From Parcubacteria group bacterium (lineage in GTDB: Bacteria; Patescibacteriota; Minisyncoccia; Phycocordibacterales; CSBR16-119): 64,000 nucleotides of DNA. A program made the position numbers and the translations under genes. Below the pieces are notes generated by a model that was given only the letters and a program-made list of their open reading frames with translations, did not search any database and had not been told where the DNA came from. The stretch is from contig CALRFT010000001.1 in NCBI GenBank assembly GCA_943356745.1, forward strand, positions 11,946 through 75,945, read 5' to 3'. Positions within the stretch are counted from its first letter, which is position 1. Each line of letters begins with the position of its first letter. Shown one piece after another: positions 61,773-64,000 of the stretch.

Positions 61773-62600
61773 TCAGTTCCTACATAAACTATTACGCACT
61801 TCTTGTATATTTCTTTCACTTGGATATATAAATTCTTTATTTGGTGGAACAACAGGATCTGAACCAAGTATCTCAAGATAGATTCCCTCTTCTTCAAATG
61901 ATTTTTGAAGATTTGTTTTTGGTTCTTTAAACTCTCCAGCAAGAGGAAACCAAGGGATAAACGTACATGCCTTAAATGTACTTGAATCTTCAATATTTCC
62001 AATAATTCTAATATTCTGAACTTGAGACAAAAGTTCCCTATCAACCTCTGGAATATTTGCAATATCAATATTCCACATAATATCTTTGTTATCACGAATA
62101 ACAAGGCTATTATCTTTTATTGAAATAATCACCCCAGAAAGCAGGCCGTCTTCAGGATTGCTCCATCTATTTTCGATTTGATTTGGAACAGCTTGATATG
62201 TAGAAACTCGTTTCCCAATTGCATTATCTACAAAAGAACCAACTTTAACAGCAAATAAAACAGACCCGAGAATTAAACTTATAACGATAGAAGAACTTAT
62301 AATTATCCACCATTTATATTTATATCCTTTTTCTGTTGTTCTTACGAAAAAATGAGTAGCTAAAATAAGAACAGATAGTGAAAGTATCCAAAGTATTGGA
62401 AGAGCTTTCAAAAAGCCACCAAGTTCAATAGCGTTAGCAAAAGAAAAAAGAATAACAGAAAATGAAAGACTACCTAGAAAAATTGTAAACACAACTAAAA
62501 ACCACAGTGATATTTTTTTAAGTAAAAAATATAACTTTGTCCTTGGTGTGATTGTATTGTCTTTTATTTTCTCTAAAATATTATTTTTAATTGAAGTCAT
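61773..62600 (-). CDS. anti-sigma-factor-like membrane protein
   Basis: Immediately downstream of, and overlapping, the ECF sigma gene; four TM helices and an extracytoplasmic C-terminal domain. Start chosen at MTSIKNN. Confidence 0.45.
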   Translation of the reverse strand: MTSIKNNILEKIKDNTITPRTKLYFLLKKISLWFLVVFTIFLGSLSFSVILFSFANAIELGGFLKALPILWILSLSVLILATHFFVRTTEKGYKYKWWIIISSSIVISLILGSVLFAVKVGSFVDNAIGKRVSTYQAVPNQIENRWSNPEDGLLSGVIISIKDNSLVIRDNKDIMWNIDIANIPEVDRELLSQVQNIRIIGNIEDSSTFKACTFIPWFPLAGEFKEPKTNLQKSFEEEGIYLEILGSDPVVPPNKEFIYPSERNIQEVRNSLCRN

Positions 62601-63168
62601 ATATTGTATTCCAGTATGTAATAAATTCTTTTTTTGCACGAGATACAAGTGTTGCGATTGTACCCATGGGCTTTTTTAAAATATCTGATATTTCTTCATA
62701 GCTTTTCTCTTCAAAAAATCTCAAAATTATTATTTGTCTATATCCGTCTGACATTTTTCCAACAACAGTTTCTATTTGTTCAGATAACTCAGTAGTATGG
62801 ATATCTTTTAAAATATCAACTTCTGAAGCAAAATTTTGCAAAGCTATATCTTCTATTTCAACCAAACCCTTTTCTTTTTGTGTTTGCTTTTTTCTATGAA
62901 GACTAACCACATGATTATGACAAATTCGGTATATCCAAGATGAAAAAGAAAGTGAAGTATCAAAACCACGAAGATTTTCATACGCCTTAATAAAAACATC
63001 TTGAACAATATCTTCGGCTTCGTGTTTTGGTATATATGTTATTCGCCTTACATATCGAAGAAGTTTTTGTTCATATCTATCAATAAGTTCACCAAAAAAC
63101 TCCGGATTTTCCTGGAGTGTCTTATGAGCAATTTCCTGATCTGAAATATGTTGAATATCTTGACTCAT
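62587..63168 (-). CDS. RNA polymerase sigma factor, ECF (sigma-70 region 2/4) family
   Basis: Region 2 (DIVQDVFIKAYENLRGFD...SWIYRICHN) and region 4 (SYEEISDILKKPMGTIATLVSRAKK). Confidence 0.85.
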   Translation of the reverse strand: MSQDIQHISDQEIAHKTLQENPEFFGELIDRYEQKLLRYVRRITYIPKHEAEDIVQDVFIKAYENLRGFDTSLSFSSWIYRICHNHVVSLHRKKQTQKEKGLVEIEDIALQNFASEVDILKDIHTTELSEQIETVVGKMSDGYRQIIILRFFEEKSYEEISDILKKPMGTIATLVSRAKKEFITYWNTIYDFN

Positions 63169-63290
63169 GAATATAAACGTATTATACACGTTGTATATTA
63201 TTACGCGCATGTTCCATATTTATTTCATTATTTGACAAACTAATACAATCATAGTAATCTAGCAATCAAACCCTTTAATTTTTAAATAAT

Positions 63291-64000
63291 ATGAACAAAC
63301 CTTTGTCCTTTGAAAACCTACTAGACATTTCAGGTTTACCTGAAAAACTTGTATTTCTTTGTAGAAAAAAAGAAGAAAATGCAATTCAAGAAATTATTGC
63401 TTTTCTCCAAAAAGCCTATAAACAAAACTACAACGAAACACTTATAAATGTAAGCTTGCAAAAACAAAACATGATGAGTGATGTTCTTGGTTCACAATCT
63501 TGTCTCTTTGAAAAGATTACAACCCATTCTTGGGAAAAAAATTTCCTTGAAAACTTTTCACAAGATAAAAATAGAAAGAAATCAAAAAATGTTTTCCTAT
63601 GGGGTCACATTTTTATCCAAAGTGACTGGGAACTAGGAGGGAAAATATCTCAAGAAGGAGGTGGTATTGAATTTATCTTTGATAATTTTGGATCCAACCT
63701 AGTTGAAATCAACCATGAGCAGTACTACTTTGGTGAAAGATCGATTATTGCCCACAACACAGAAGTTGTAGATGAAGATTACTCTTTAATAATCCACATT
63801 CCAACGATCGTGATTGATTCAAGGATGAGTGAAAAGATACTCAAATCAATACAGAATCGAAAGGTTTTGGGTAATATTTACACTCTGTATGCACTCAGCT
63901 CTGAACAAGCAATGATTCGTAACTTTTTCCAAGAAGAAGAGATTATTGCACGTGGTAACAGAACCGAAACACTGGAAGATATACTTAGAAACATACCATG
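63291..64000 (+). CDS. hypothetical protein, 5-prime part (runs off the window end)
   Basis: Open frame of 236 codons from ATG 63291 to the window end with no stop (checked codon by codon). Confidence 0.4.
   Translation, partial: MNKPLSFENLLDISGLPEKLVFLCRKKEENAIQEIIAFLQKAYKQNYNETLINVSLQKQNMMSDVLGSQSCLFEKITTHSWEKNFLENFSQDKNRKKSKNVFLWGHIFIQSDWELGGKISQEGGGIEFIFDNFGSNLVEINHEQYYFGERSIIAHNTEVVDEDYSLIIHIPTIVIDSRMSEKILKSIQNRKVLGNIYTLYALSSEQAMIRNFFQEEEIIARGNRTETLEDILRNIP

Noticed and set aside
1-64000. Alternative genetic code (UGA recoding, as in Gracilibacteria/Absconditabacteria), suggested by seeing only RF1
   Set aside because: All long conserved genes (atpA, lysS, P-type ATPase, the 1041-aa protein) are intact under the standard code with no in-frame TGA. 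RF2 could simply lie outside the window.
1-64000. CRISPR arrays, integrases, transposases and toxin-antitoxin pairs
   Set aside because: I scanned for direct-repeat/spacer periodicity and for recombinase or transposase motifs and found none. The only repeats are the two pairs of identical terminator hairpins reported above.

Overview
This is a 64 kb, AT-rich window (roughly mid-30s % GC by eye) that is densely packed with mostly short genes and reads cleanly in the standard genetic code. Long ORFs such as the 1041-aa and 874-aa proteins are uninterrupted by TGA. The gene content looks like a small-genome monoderm bacterium of the CPR/Patescibacteria type: the two transketolase halves are split across separate genes, fructose-bisphosphate aldolase is class I, only RF1 is visible, and many proteins are small secreted or membrane proteins. 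I cannot prove that assignment without a database.

The recognisable housekeeping blocks are:
- **ATP synthase:** an F-type operon running off the left edge, in the order (atpI-like)-atpB-E-F-H-A-G(partial).
- **Translation termination:** prfA with rpmE, divergent from prmC.
- **Sugar metabolism:** a glycolysis/pentose-phosphate operon (gap, rpiB, fba, rpe, tktN, tktC).
- **Translation and GTPases:** gatB and obg.
- **Cell division:** a mraZ-rsmH-ftsL-ftsI division/cell-wall cluster with MraZ-box repeats in its promoter.
- **Elongation and aminoacylation:** lysS and greA.
- **Cell-wall synthesis:** a second PBP2-type transpeptidase.
- **Ion transport and envelope:** a P-type ATPase, a DedA-family protein, CcdA and an NhaD-like transporter.
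- **RNA genes:** two tRNAs (Ile-GAU and Glu-CUC).

I saw no rRNA, CRISPR array, integrase or transposase.

The most unusual region is a roughly 9 kb minus-strand operon (49.6-59.5 kb) of translationally coupled, secreted or C-terminally anchored proteins. Two of them carry cohesin-like beta domains, and a Cys-rich partner carries a clear dockerin-type tandem Ca-binding repeat. The operon also contains a 1041-aa protein built from a novel GNG...GFQPD repeat and sharing a roughly 170-aa C-terminal domain with its 368-aa neighbour. The operon is preceded by an ECF sigma factor, an anti-sigma-like membrane protein and an LTXXQ (CpxP/Spy-like) protein.

Other notable signals:
- **Near-leaderless promoters:** many genes have a -10 hexamer only 6-8 nt upstream of the ATG.
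- **Duplicated terminators:** two pairs of identical terminator hairpins flank single-gene or two-gene cassettes.
- **Palindrome island:** a 28-bp perfect palindrome sits in a terminator-bounded intergenic island.
- **Desaturase:** a membrane fatty-acid desaturase is present.
- **Orphan gene:** an AT-rich orphan gene sits directly after tRNA-Glu.
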